Origin: an uncultured Gammaproteobacteria bacterium
GTDB lineage: Bacteria; Patescibacteriota; Microgenomatia; UBA10105; UBA927
Assembly: GCA_964609895.1 (NCBI GenBank)
Contig: CAZSTG010000002.1
Location: forward strand, 84,373-148,372
Direction: 5' to 3'
DNA length: 64,000 bases
Shown here: one piece after another, positions 28,859 to 38,277 of the stretch
How positions within the stretch are numbered: the first letter of the stretch is position 1
Layout of the letters: each line of letters opens with the position of its first letter
Position numbers and translations under genes: made by a program
Notes under the pieces: model-generated
Database searches by the model: none
Seen by the model: only the letters and a program-made list of their open reading frames with translations
Told to the model about the DNA's origin: nothing

Positions 28859-29695
28859 ATGCCGAAAAAAGTTTCAGCGAAAGCGCCGGTTATTGCAGGA
28901 AAACAATACCATATTGACTGCGGACAAAGAGATCTCGCTTCATCTGTACTTCTCCCAGGGGATCCGGCACGGGTTGAAAAAATTGCATCCGGTTGGGATA
29001 GTGCAAAGGAAGTTGCAAACCACAGGGAATATCATACGATGACGGGACTATATAAAAAGACGCCTATTTCCTGTACATCAACTGGTATCGGAGCACCTTC
29101 CCTTGCTATTGCCGTGGAAGAACTTTCCCGCGTTGGTGTTGATACATTTATTCGTGTAGGAACGACCGGAGGACTACAAAAACAGCATCATTTGGGAGAC
29201 GTTATTATTTCCACCGGTGCCGTGAGACTTGACGGTGCAAGCCGTGATTATGTAATGCCGGAATATCCGGCTGTGGCACATTTTGAGGTGGTCGAGGCGC
29301 TGATAGCCGCTGCGGAAATTCTGAAGATTCCGTATCATGTCGGCATTACTGCTTCTACTGATACATTTTATTGCGGTCAGGGAAGGCCTGGATTTGATGA
29401 TTATTTTCCCAGTCACAAAGCCCATATTGTTGATGATATGCAACGTGCTGGCGTGCAAAATTTTGAAATGGAGGCATCCTGTTTATTTACCCTCGCCAGT
29501 CTCTTCGAAAAACGGGCGGGGGCTGTGTGTACCGTTATCGCAAATCGCGTAACGAATGAATTTACTATAACGGATGAATATCAAAAACGGGCAGGACGCG
29601 TTGCTTCGTTGGCAGTACATATTCTTGCTATGTGGGATAGGGAAAAGAAAAAAAACAAAAAACGCTACACCACCCCTTGTGTTGTGGAATCATGA
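28859..29695 (+). CDS. udp: uridine phosphorylase (PNP/UDP family)
   Basis: LLPGDPARVEKIA, CTSTGIGAPSLAIAVEEL, IRVGTTGG and VRLDGAS align with E. coli Udp motifs. ORF 28739..29695; start at the ATG at 28859 preceded by GAAGGAG. Confidence 0.85.
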   Translation: MPKKVSAKAPVIAGKQYHIDCGQRDLASSVLLPGDPARVEKIASGWDSAKEVANHREYHTMTGLYKKTPISCTSTGIGAPSLAIAVEELSRVGVDTFIRVGTTGGLQKQHHLGDVIISTGAVRLDGASRDYVMPEYPAVAHFEVVEALIAAAEILKIPYHVGITASTDTFYCGQGRPGFDDYFPSHKAHIVDDMQRAGVQNFEMEASCLFTLASLFEKRAGAVCTVIANRVTNEFTITDEYQKRAGRVASLAVHILAMWDREKKKNKKRYTTPCVVES

Positions 29696-29737
29696 TCAGG
29701 TTTGATACAATTATATTTATTTCTTGTTTGAAGATGC

Positions 29738-30556
29738 ATGGATATAGTGGATATGGAAAACGCTAAACTGCCGGAAATGACAAAAGAAGCCGAAGCTGCG
29801 TATGCCAGCTGGCAAAAAGCACTGGAAGCGGATATTGCACGCGATGATGCACGCCTTTTGCCGGACACAGTCTCTACAGATGATTTTGTGCGGGAAGAAA
29901 AGAAAAGGAAAGAAGCAGAACAGGCAGTGCTTATTGATGCAAAAACAGGACTTCCCAACGGCGTTGCCTTTCAACAGAAACTTGAACAGTTTCGGCATTC
30001 ACAAGAATCCGGTGCACTCATTATCATGGATCTGAACGGATTAAAGGTGATTAATGATGAGATGGGTGGTCATGCGGCGGGAGATCATGCTCTCATCACC
30101 ATTGCAAAAGAGTTGAAATTGAACACCTCAGAGCACGATTTTGTCGCAAGAGTCAATGATAACGGGGGAGACGAATTTGCTGTGTTGTTCCCTGGTTTAT
30201 CCCGATCAGTATTGCCTGATGTGATCGACCGTTTGCAAAATATATTTTCCGGCGGATTTGATGAACACGATCATTTGATTCCCACAGTCTCGATTGGGGC
30301 GGTACATACGGATGATATAGGCGACGCAGATCGTTCGTGCTTACGGGACTGTGCGGACTATGCGATGTATAAGGCAAAAAACTCGGTGAAATCAGTCCCT
30401 TCGATCATTGAGCATAACGCTCATTCGAATACGACATATGAACTTCGAAAACCGACTGCTTCCTACATCTACAATCCGCAGATGGACGGTCCGGTGCTCA
30501 CTGTGAAGGATGCACTTGCCTCGTTTCAGGCAAAACCACAGGTTCGCTTGAAATAA
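29738..30556 (+). CDS. GGDEF-domain diguanylate cyclase
   Basis: DAKTGLPN, IIMDLNGLKVINDEMGGHAAGD and NGGDEFAVLF (intact GGDEF). Confidence 0.85.
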   Translation: MDIVDMENAKLPEMTKEAEAAYASWQKALEADIARDDARLLPDTVSTDDFVREEKKRKEAEQAVLIDAKTGLPNGVAFQQKLEQFRHSQESGALIIMDLNGLKVINDEMGGHAAGDHALITIAKELKLNTSEHDFVARVNDNGGDEFAVLFPGLSRSVLPDVIDRLQNIFSGGFDEHDHLIPTVSIGAVHTDDIGDADRSCLRDCADYAMYKAKNSVKSVPSIIEHNAHSNTTYELRKPTASYIYNPQMDGPVLTVKDALASFQAKPQVRLK

Positions 30557-30677
30557 CCTTATTTTTCTGCTATACTCCCATTATCACACACGTTCGCATT
30601 TGTATCTTCTCTTCTGTGTTTCAGAGGGAAGCGGACGGAGGATAAAAGAAGATACGCCTTGGTTTTTTGTATTATAA

Positions 30678-30707
30678 AGCACCAGCGTATCGGTGCTTTT
30701 TTTGTTT
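30678..30707 (+). terminator. intrinsic terminator after the GGDEF gene
   Basis: AGCACC-agcgtatc-GGTGCT followed by TTTTTTTGTTTTTT. Confidence 0.5.
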
Positions 30708-30725
30708 TTTGAGGAGTTAAATAGT

Positions 30726-31637
30726 ATGAAAGAAGTATCACTGCAGGAACTTTTGGAAGCAGGATGTCATTTTGGCCATAAATCAGAACGGTGGCACCCG
30801 AAAGCATCCAAGTTTATTTATATCGAAAAAGATGGTATCCACATCATCGATCTTGCAAAAACTAAAGCAGGACTGGAAGAAGCAGCCCAATTTGTCCGAG
30901 ATCTTGTGGCAGGTGGCAGTGAAATCCTGTTTGTCGGAACAAAACGGCAGGCAAAAAGCATTGTAAAGGCAGAAGGAATCCGTGCGGCAGCTTCCTATAT
31001 CACTGAACGGTGGATCGGCGGATTTTTGACCAACTGGGATGGCATTCATAAAAATATTCAGAAAATCATCCGAATGGCTGATGAGGAAGCAACCGGAAAA
31101 TGGAAAAAATTCCCGAAGCACGAACAGATGAAAATGGCACGCTACCTCCGAAGGCTCAATGTTTTTTACGGCGGTGTGCTGAAGCTTGATGTTCCTCCGC
31201 AGGCACTGTTTGTTATTGACGTGAAAAAAGAAATCGCAGCAGTCAGAGAAGCAGTCAGAACCGGCATTCCCGTAGTGGCCATCGTGGATACGAATTCCGA
31301 TCCCACCGGTATAGAACACGTGATTCCTGCAAATGATGATGCGGTCGGATCCGTGACGCTCATTACGCAGACTATTGCCAATGCATATCTGGAAGGAAAA
31401 GCGGAAGCGATGAAAAATGCTGCCGATGCACAGGAGAGAGAAGAAGCGCAGAAGAAAAAAGAAGATAAGAAAACGGCAGTAGCCACTGATGTGAAAGAAG
31501 AGGGAAAAGAAAAAGCGGAAGCGATCACAGCAGCACTTACCGTTGAAGAAAAACCGAAACCTGCCCGCAATGCTTCGCATAGCGATGCAGGCGGGGCAGT
31601 CAAAAAGCCACGAGTAAAGAAACTGTATAATAATTGA
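30726..31637 (+). CDS. rpsB: 30S ribosomal protein S2 (with K/E-rich C-terminal extension)
   Basis: MKEVSLQELLEAGCHFGHKSERWHPK. GAGGAG RBS before the ATG. Confidence 0.95.
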   Translation: MKEVSLQELLEAGCHFGHKSERWHPKASKFIYIEKDGIHIIDLAKTKAGLEEAAQFVRDLVAGGSEILFVGTKRQAKSIVKAEGIRAAASYITERWIGGFLTNWDGIHKNIQKIIRMADEEATGKWKKFPKHEQMKMARYLRRLNVFYGGVLKLDVPPQALFVIDVKKEIAAVREAVRTGIPVVAIVDTNSDPTGIEHVIPANDDAVGSVTLITQTIANAYLEGKAEAMKNAADAQEREEAQKKKEDKKTAVATDVKEEGKEKAEAITAALTVEEKPKPARNASHSDAGGAVKKPRVKKLYNN

Positions 31638-31650
31638 TAAGGAGTGTTTT

Positions 31651-32121
31651 ATGAATTTTTCACTTGATACGTTAAAGAAACTACGTGAAGAAACGCAAGC
31701 GGGTGTTGCTGACTGCAAAAAGGCGCTTGATGAATCAAAGGGTGACTATAAAAAAGCAATGGAGTTTTTGAAGTCATGGGGTATCGAGAAGGCGGCAAAA
31801 AAAGGTGATCGGGAGACCGCGGTCGGGATCATCGAATCGTATGTACATGCCAATGCAAAGGTCGGTGTTCTGGTGGAAGTACGCTGTGAGACTGATTTTG
31901 TGGCAAAAAATGAGGCGTTCAAGAAGCTTGCCCACGAACTTGCCTTGCAGATTGCAGCGATGGATCCAAAAGATGTGGATGAACTCCTAAAAAGTTCTTA
32001 CATTCGTGATGGAAAAACTACGATGGGTGATTTGGTGAAGCAGGCAATTACCACTATAGGCGAAAATATTACGGTTGTGCAGTTTATGCGCATGCAGCTG
32101 GACAAAAAAGAATTGGTGTAA
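31651..32121 (+). CDS. tsf: elongation factor Ts (short form)
   Basis: LREETQAGVADCKKAL (UBA-like N-terminus), immediately downstream of rpsB. Confidence 0.85.
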   Translation: MNFSLDTLKKLREETQAGVADCKKALDESKGDYKKAMEFLKSWGIEKAAKKGDRETAVGIIESYVHANAKVGVLVEVRCETDFVAKNEAFKKLAHELALQIAAMDPKDVDELLKSSYIRDGKTTMGDLVKQAITTIGENITVVQFMRMQLDKKELV

Positions 32122-32166
32122 TTTCACTTGACTGAGACGCTTCCTTTCCCGTAGTATAGAGTCATT

Positions 32167-32730
32167 ATGATAGACACCATCCTATCCCTTGCGCAGGGGA
32201 AAATGCGTAAAGCAATAGAAATAACGAGGAACGATCTTTCATCTATTCGTTCTGGTAGGGCTACCGGTGCACTTGTTGAGAATATCATCATTACGGCATA
32301 CGAAGGAACACAAAAACTCAAGCTTCAAGAAATGGCGACGATTGGTATTCCCGATGCCAAGACAATCACAATTAGTCCGTATGATCCCAGTGCCGCGCAG
32401 GACATTATCAAAAGCATTCAAAGTGCAGACACAGGCATGAATCCAGTGTCAGATGGAGAAATCATCCGAATCACCATTCCGCCGATGAGCCAAGAACAAC
32501 GGGAAGAATACATAAAGCTAGCACGGACAAAGCTTGAGGGTGGACGCATTATGATTCGTCAGATTCGCCAAGAAGCAATGAAAGACTTAAAAAAAGAAGT
32601 AGAAGATGCAGTTATTACGGAAGATCAGCAAAAAGTCGGAGAGAAAAAAGTGCAGGAGCTCACAGACGAAATGATTTCAGAAGTGGACGCCATGGGAACG
32701 AAAAAAGAAGCGGAACTCATGCAAATTTAA
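32167..32730 (+). CDS. frr: ribosome recycling factor
   Basis: 187 aa with DLSSIRSGRA and IPPMSQEQREEY motifs. Follows tsf directly with no pyrH between them. Confidence 0.9.
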   Translation: MIDTILSLAQGKMRKAIEITRNDLSSIRSGRATGALVENIIITAYEGTQKLKLQEMATIGIPDAKTITISPYDPSAAQDIIKSIQSADTGMNPVSDGEIIRITIPPMSQEQREEYIKLARTKLEGGRIMIRQIRQEAMKDLKKEVEDAVITEDQQKVGEKKVQELTDEMISEVDAMGTKKEAELMQI

Positions 32731-32757
32731 GAAGATTATTGGTCGGATTGGTATTTA

Positions 32758-33873
32758 TTGGTTTATTGTATGTTCCTCACTGCCGTAACGTTTATCATTA
32801 TTTTAAGCATTCTCGTGATGCTGCATGAGCTTGGGCATTATACGGTCGCACGGATCTTTGGTGTGCACGTCGAGGAATTCGGATTCGGACTTCCTCCGAG
32901 AATTTGGGGCAAAAAAATAAAAGGCACGATCTATTCCATTAATTGGCTTCCCATCGGCGGATTTGTGAAACTTGCGGGAGAAGACGAGGAAGATGTGGAC
33001 AAGGAAAAAGGGAAAATCAAATCGGAGAAGGTGAGAAACACATATTTCTGGGCAAAGTCTCGCGGTCAACGCGCGTTAATTTTGTGTGCAGGCGTGTTTA
33101 TGAATTTCTTGCTCGCTGTCGGTATTACCACCTATTTGCTGACGCGCGGCGTGACAGAGCCAACCAACATTGTGCATGTGGAGTCGGTTACAGCAAACAG
33201 TCCTGCAGCACTTGGGGGACTCAAAGAGCAGGATATCGTCAAGTCTATCCAATATACAGATGCAGGCGGCTTACAAACTACAAATCTTGAAACTCCGGAT
33301 GAGTTGATCTCAATTGTTAAAACACATGCAGGAACAACGGTGACACTGACCATTATACGAAACAACGAGCCGTTATCTGTTTCGCTTATTCCCCGTACAA
33401 ACCCACCCGCAGGAGAAGGGCCGTTGGGTGTTGCGGTATCGAATTTGGAAAAACACACCTATCCACTATCCAAAGCGCCGTTTATGGCGGTAAAAATTAA
33501 TGTGGTCAGGATGTGGACTATGCTGACTTCATTGGGCTCTGTGATTTCCAAACTGGTGACAGGGGACAAACTTGCATCAGGGGAAATTTCAGGGCCGATC
33601 GGCATTGCACAGGTCACAGGTCAGGCCGTCAAATATGGATTTGATGCCGTCCTTGAATTTATGGCGATTCTTTCCTTGAATCTGGCACTCTTAAATATTT
33701 TGCCATTTCCTGCGCTCGACGGAGGGAGACTCGCATTTGTCATTGCCGACAAATTCGGCAAGAAAGCGAGACCAGCCGTGGAACGCATGATTCACCAGAT
33801 CGGCATGATTATCCTCATGGCACTCATTCTTCTTGTGACGGTCAATGATATTCTTCGTATTGTGCGGGGATAA
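32758..33873 (+). CDS. rseP: RIP site-2 zinc metalloprotease RseP
   Basis: HELGHY (HExxH) in the first TM, a PDZ domain, and LNILPFPALDGG (LDG motif). Confidence 0.8.
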   Translation: MVYCMFLTAVTFIIILSILVMLHELGHYTVARIFGVHVEEFGFGLPPRIWGKKIKGTIYSINWLPIGGFVKLAGEDEEDVDKEKGKIKSEKVRNTYFWAKSRGQRALILCAGVFMNFLLAVGITTYLLTRGVTEPTNIVHVESVTANSPAALGGLKEQDIVKSIQYTDAGGLQTTNLETPDELISIVKTHAGTTVTLTIIRNNEPLSVSLIPRTNPPAGEGPLGVAVSNLEKHTYPLSKAPFMAVKINVVRMWTMLTSLGSVISKLVTGDKLASGEISGPIGIAQVTGQAVKYGFDAVLEFMAILSLNLALLNILPFPALDGGRLAFVIADKFGKKARPAVERMIHQIGMIILMALILLVTVNDILRIVRG

Positions 33874-33925
33874 TCTTTATTCCTATTTTCAAACCTCTTC
33901 TATTTCGAGTATACTTTTAAGTACT

Positions 33926-35368
33926 ATGGCATTTGACAAAAATGAGCTAAAGAAAAAGTCGGAGAATATTTCCGACTGGTATAATACCATTGTCCTTAAA
34001 GCGGAGCTTGCCGATTACGGGCCTGTGAAAGGCACCATGGTTATCCGACCGTACGGGTATGCCATCTGGGAAACAGTCCAGCATATTTTTGACGGGATGA
34101 TTAAGGCTGCGAGAGTTGAAAATGCCTACTTTCCCATGTTTATTCCCGAATCCTTCCTTAAAAAAGAAAAAGAGCATGTGGAAGGATTTTCACCGGAACT
34201 TGCGGTGGTGACGCATGCCGGTGGGGAAAAACTTACAGAACCGCTTGTGGTTCGGCCGACGTCGGAAACCATCATGTATTCGATGTTTGCCAAATGGGTC
34301 AAAAGCTGGCGCGATTTGCCGCTCCTTTTGAATCAATGGTGTAATATCGTGCGTTGGGAAAAACGGACATATCTGTTTTTGCGTACCACCGAATTTTTGT
34401 GGCAGGAAGGGCATACTGCTCATGCTACACATGAAGAAGCTATTGCGTTTGCAAAAAAAGCGCATGAATGGTACGCTCGGATTTTTGAAGACTATTTCGC
34501 GATGCCGGTTTTGCTCGGTACAAAAAGCCACACGGAACAGTTCGCAGGTGCATTTAAGACCTATACCGTGGAGAGCCTGATGCCGGACGGGAAAGCGTTG
34601 CAGTCTGCAACGAGCCATGATTTGGGTCAGAATTTTTCAAAAGTGTTCGGTATTCAGTTTCAGGATCAGGAAAAGAAACTTGAGTATGCATGGCAGACTT
34701 CATGGGGCTTGTCGACGCGCGCTCTCGGCGGTCTGTTTCTGACGCATGGGGATGATGCGGGACTGATTTTGCCTCCGAAGGTTGCTCCAATTCAGCTCGT
34801 TGTTGTGCCGATTTTGTCTTCCAAAACAACACCGAAAAAAGATCAGCATGCATATGTGAAGCGGATCACTGATGCATTTATTTCCCAAGGGATTCGCGTC
34901 AAACTGGATGATACGGATGACAGTCCGGGACGGAAATTCAACACATGGGAGATGAAGGGTGTACCTGTCCGGATAGAGATTGGCGTCAAAGAAACAGATG
35001 ACGAAACAGTAACGTTGGTATTTCGTGACACTGGGGAAAAGAAAACGATACCTTGGAAAGAAGCGGTTATGCAGATTGATGATGAGCTCAAAGCAATGCA
35101 GGAACGATTACTTACAAAACAAAAGGCTTTTGTAAAGAGCCACACATACGATGTTTCATCCTATGATGCATTCAAAAAAATCATGAGTACAACAAAAGGA
35201 TTTTTGCAGGCGTTTTGGTGTGAGGATGCAGCATGTGAGAAAGCAATTAAGGACGAGACAAAAGCGACAACCAGATGTTTGCCGATGGATACGAAAGAAG
35301 AAAAAGGAGTATGTGTGCACTGCGGTAAACCTGCAACACACCGTTGGATCTTCGGACAGAGCTATTAA
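33926..35368 (+). CDS. proS: prolyl-tRNA synthetase (archaeal/eukaryotic-type, C-terminal Zn-binding domain)
   Basis: Class II motifs (FRDE-like LFLRTTEFLWQEGHTAH), anticodon-binding domain, C-terminal CxxC...CxxC. ORF 33845..35368; start at MAFDK. Confidence 0.9.
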   Translation: MAFDKNELKKKSENISDWYNTIVLKAELADYGPVKGTMVIRPYGYAIWETVQHIFDGMIKAARVENAYFPMFIPESFLKKEKEHVEGFSPELAVVTHAGGEKLTEPLVVRPTSETIMYSMFAKWVKSWRDLPLLLNQWCNIVRWEKRTYLFLRTTEFLWQEGHTAHATHEEAIAFAKKAHEWYARIFEDYFAMPVLLGTKSHTEQFAGAFKTYTVESLMPDGKALQSATSHDLGQNFSKVFGIQFQDQEKKLEYAWQTSWGLSTRALGGLFLTHGDDAGLILPPKVAPIQLVVVPILSSKTTPKKDQHAYVKRITDAFISQGIRVKLDDTDDSPGRKFNTWEMKGVPVRIEIGVKETDDETVTLVFRDTGEKKTIPWKEAVMQIDDELKAMQERLLTKQKAFVKSHTYDVSSYDAFKKIMSTTKGFLQAFWCEDAACEKAIKDETKATTRCLPMDTKEEKGVCVHCGKPATHRWIFGQSY

Positions 35369-35377
35369 CTCCTCGGT

Positions 35378-35833
35378 ATGATAAAACACTACACATCAAC
35401 CGCAATGCTCGTGACGAATACAAAACCGAGAAAAGTGTTGTTGGGAATGCATCAAAAATTACAAATGTGGCTGCCGCCCGGAGGGCATCAGGAAGAAAAT
35501 GAAAATCCGTTTGAAGCGCTTATTCGGGAAACGAAAGAAGAAACTGGATTTGATGTGAGTGCCTTTTTGCCAGAAACCAAAAATTTGGACGAACGGGTTG
35601 CATCTTTGCCCGTGCCTGACTATTTATTTGAAGAACTTATTCCAGCACGAGGGGAAAAACCTGAACATATTCATATGGATTTTGTGTACATCATTGTTGT
35701 ACCGGAATTTGTTCCGAAGTTTCCTGACCGTGAATACACTACGATGCGATGGATTGGGGAAGACGATGTTACGGGACTTCCGTTATATCCAAACATTAAA
35801 GACATCATTTTGCCACGGTGTTTTACCTTCTAA
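35378..35833 (+). CDS. NUDIX hydrolase
   Basis: Nudix box GGHQEENENPFEALIRETKEETG. Confidence 0.8.
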   Translation: MIKHYTSTAMLVTNTKPRKVLLGMHQKLQMWLPPGGHQEENENPFEALIRETKEETGFDVSAFLPETKNLDERVASLPVPDYLFEELIPARGEKPEHIHMDFVYIIVVPEFVPKFPDREYTTMRWIGEDDVTGLPLYPNIKDIILPRCFTF

Positions 35834-35866
35834 ATTACTTTCAATGAGGTATGTTGTTGCGGTATA

Positions 35867-36700
35867 ATGACAATAATGAAAACCATTGTGACACATTTTG
35901 CTCCTGATCTTGATGCCATTTGTTCCGTGTGGCTATTAAAGACGTTTGTCCCTGATTTGAAAGAGGCAGCAATTGCATTTGTGCCTGCGGGAAAGACATT
36001 GAATGGCATGGTTCCAGACGGCAATCCGGATATCATCCATGTCGATACGGGTTTTGGGAAATTTGATCATCATCAAACAAGTGATGATACGTGTGCTGCA
36101 CTTCTGGTGTATCAGTCCCTTGGGAAAAGGGATGAGGCACTCGAGAGGCTGCTGCATGTTGTCAATGATGTGGATCATTTTAAGGAAGTATTTTATCCGA
36201 ATCCGACTGCCGATTTTTATGATCTTTCGCTTCCCGTTATCATTGACGGATTACAGTTTTCGATGGCGGATAATCCTGTCGGCATGATGGAGCGCGTCAT
36301 GGATTGCTTGGACGGGATATACAAGATGTTTCAGAATAAAGTGTGGGCGGAGAAAGATATTACGGAGAACGCAATTCAGTTTGATACGAAGTTTGGCAAA
36401 GCATTCGGCATTGAAACAGTCAATCGTGAGGTGGTGCACTACGGACAAAAAATGGGATTTATCCTCGTTGTACGGAAAGATCCGAAAAACGGTAATGCCG
36501 CAATCAAAACTGTGCCAAAGGATGATATTGATTTGACGGCTGTGTATGAGTCGCTTCTGAAGAAAGATCCGACGGCCACATGGTTTTTGCATCCAAGCCA
36601 TCACATGCTCTTAAACGGCAGTGCAAAAAATCCCGATATGAAACCGACGACACTATCGCTTGAGGCACTTATTGCAGAGGTAAAAACTATTTATGGATAA
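35867..36700 (+). CDS. DHH-family phosphoesterase (putative; no clear DHHA1 GGGH)
   Basis: HFAPDLDAICS (motif I), HVDTG (II) and FDHHQ (III). Confidence 0.5.
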   Translation: MTIMKTIVTHFAPDLDAICSVWLLKTFVPDLKEAAIAFVPAGKTLNGMVPDGNPDIIHVDTGFGKFDHHQTSDDTCAALLVYQSLGKRDEALERLLHVVNDVDHFKEVFYPNPTADFYDLSLPVIIDGLQFSMADNPVGMMERVMDCLDGIYKMFQNKVWAEKDITENAIQFDTKFGKAFGIETVNREVVHYGQKMGFILVVRKDPKNGNAAIKTVPKDDIDLTAVYESLLKKDPTATWFLHPSHHMLLNGSAKNPDMKPTTLSLEALIAEVKTIYG

Positions 36701-37103
36701 TTGTCTGTTTTGCTCCATCGTCGCCAACACCAGTCCTTCCTATACGGTATATGAAGATGAAGAGACGAAAGCATTTTTGGATATTTTTCCGTCGACTTCG
36801 GGGCATGTTGTTGTAATTTTGAAAAAACATGGTTGGGGAATTAGTGACTATACACCAGAAGAGCTGGGGAGTTTGATGGCGACCGTGCAAAAAGTGGTTG
36901 CTGCACTCACTCAAGCATTCAAGACGGAAGTATTTACCATTGGCATGAATCATAAGGAAGAAAACGGTGTTCACCATCTCCATATGCATATATTGCCGCG
37001 GTTTTTCGATGACAAGGGCGGTGTGATACAATCAGTAGTTGAACGTGAGGGAAAAGAGTCCCTTACAGAAATAGCAGAAAAAATAAAAAAAGAGATTGGG
37101 TGA
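36693..37103 (+). CDS. HIT-family (histidine triad) nucleotide hydrolase
   Basis: HHLHMHILPR histidine triad. Overlaps the DHH gene by 8 nt. Confidence 0.85.
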   Translation: MDNCLFCSIVANTSPSYTVYEDEETKAFLDIFPSTSGHVVVILKKHGWGISDYTPEELGSLMATVQKVVAALTQAFKTEVFTIGMNHKEENGVHHLHMHILPRFFDDKGGVIQSVVEREGKESLTEIAEKIKKEIG

Positions 37104-37122
37104 GGAGGTGTTTTCATATTTT

Positions 37123-37311
37123 ATGGTATTTGTAAAAGCACAACCAGGAGATAATTCAGATTCATTGATTCGTAAATTTACTCGTAAAGTTCTGACGGAA
37201 GGAATTCTGCAGGATTTGAAGAAACGGGAGTTTTATCAGAAACCTGCTGAAATCAAAAAAGAAAAAAAGCGGGATCTCGCTCGACGTTTGCGTCATCCGG
37301 GAAGGATATAA
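37123..37311 (+). CDS. rpsU: 30S ribosomal protein S21
   Basis: SLIRKFTRKV..LKKREFYQKP..KKEKKR matches S21. The ORF call begins with TTG at 37096; the ATG at 37123 was chosen. Confidence 0.8.
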   Translation: MVFVKAQPGDNSDSLIRKFTRKVLTEGILQDLKKREFYQKPAEIKKEKKRDLARRLRHPGRI

Positions 37312-37315
37312 GCAT

Positions 37316-37762
37316 ATGATGCTTGATACGTTGAAAGCTGATTTGGTGACAGCGATGAAAGCACACGACAGGACGGCTATGGATACCATCCGATTTTTGC
37401 TGTCTGCCATCCGGAATATGGCTATTGCCAAATACGGCGCGGAAAGCGATACGGCGCTGACAGACAATGACGTGACGGATACAATAAAAAAACTGGTGAA
37501 AACCCATAAAGAATCAGTTGAGGCATTTCAAAAAGCCGGCCGTGCAGAACTCGTTGCGAAAGAGTCAGGGGAACTTGCCGTTCTTGAACGGTATGTGCCT
37601 GCGGAAATGAGCGATGAAGAACTGAGGAGTTTACTTGCGCCGGTTGCCGCCTCCGGAGAGCAAAATTTCGGACTTCTGATGCGAAATGCGATGCAGGTAG
37701 TTGCAGGGAAAGCAGATGGCGCACGCGTTTCGCAAATGTTAAAACAATTACAACAAAAGTAA
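37316..37762 (+). CDS. GatB/YqeY domain protein
   Basis: Typical rpsU-yqeY linkage; helical YqeY-like sequence. Confidence 0.7.
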   Translation: MMLDTLKADLVTAMKAHDRTAMDTIRFLLSAIRNMAIAKYGAESDTALTDNDVTDTIKKLVKTHKESVEAFQKAGRAELVAKESGELAVLERYVPAEMSDEELRSLLAPVAASGEQNFGLLMRNAMQVVAGKADGARVSQMLKQLQQK

Positions 37763-37803
37763 TTATTTAGCATTTATCATTTGGCATTTAGCATTTTATT
37801 TAT

Positions 37804-38205
37804 ATGGTGCATGTAATTATTCAGACGGAATCCCGCTATCCGGTTTCGCGGAAAAGAATCACCAAAGCAATTCAGGATTTTCTGACGGGAAAAATCGAAA
37901 GTGACGCGGATGTGTCTGTAACATTTGTCGGCGACCGCAAAATTCATGAGCTCAACAAAACATACAGACAGAAGGACTATCCGACGGATGTCCTGTCGTT
38001 TCCTTTGTATGATCCAACACAACCGTCTCCTGTTCCATTTATAGGACCGCCTGATGACATCCTGCATTTGGGAGACATTGTTGTGTCATACCCAATGGCT
38101 GTCAAAGAAGCGGGGGAACAAGAGAAACTGGTGGATGACATGATTGAATTTCTGGTGCTGCACGGACTGAATCATCTTCTTGGTAATCATCATCCTGAGG
38201 TATAA
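37804..38205 (+). CDS. ybeY: rRNA maturation endoribonuclease YbeY
   Basis: HGLNHLLGNHH (H3xH5xH zinc motif) and DVLSFP. Confidence 0.85.
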   Translation: MVHVIIQTESRYPVSRKRITKAIQDFLTGKIESDADVSVTFVGDRKIHELNKTYRQKDYPTDVLSFPLYDPTQPSPVPFIGPPDDILHLGDIVVSYPMAVKEAGEQEKLVDDMIEFLVLHGLNHLLGNHHPEV

Positions 38206-38277
38206 ATACATATCAATTTCCAATACATACCAATATAGTGTATTATCATTTGGTATTAGATATCAAAGTATTCCATT

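Noticed and set aside
30783-31718. 311-aa minus-strand ORF
   Set aside because: Entirely antisense to rpsB, which is unambiguous. Low-complexity F/C-rich product.
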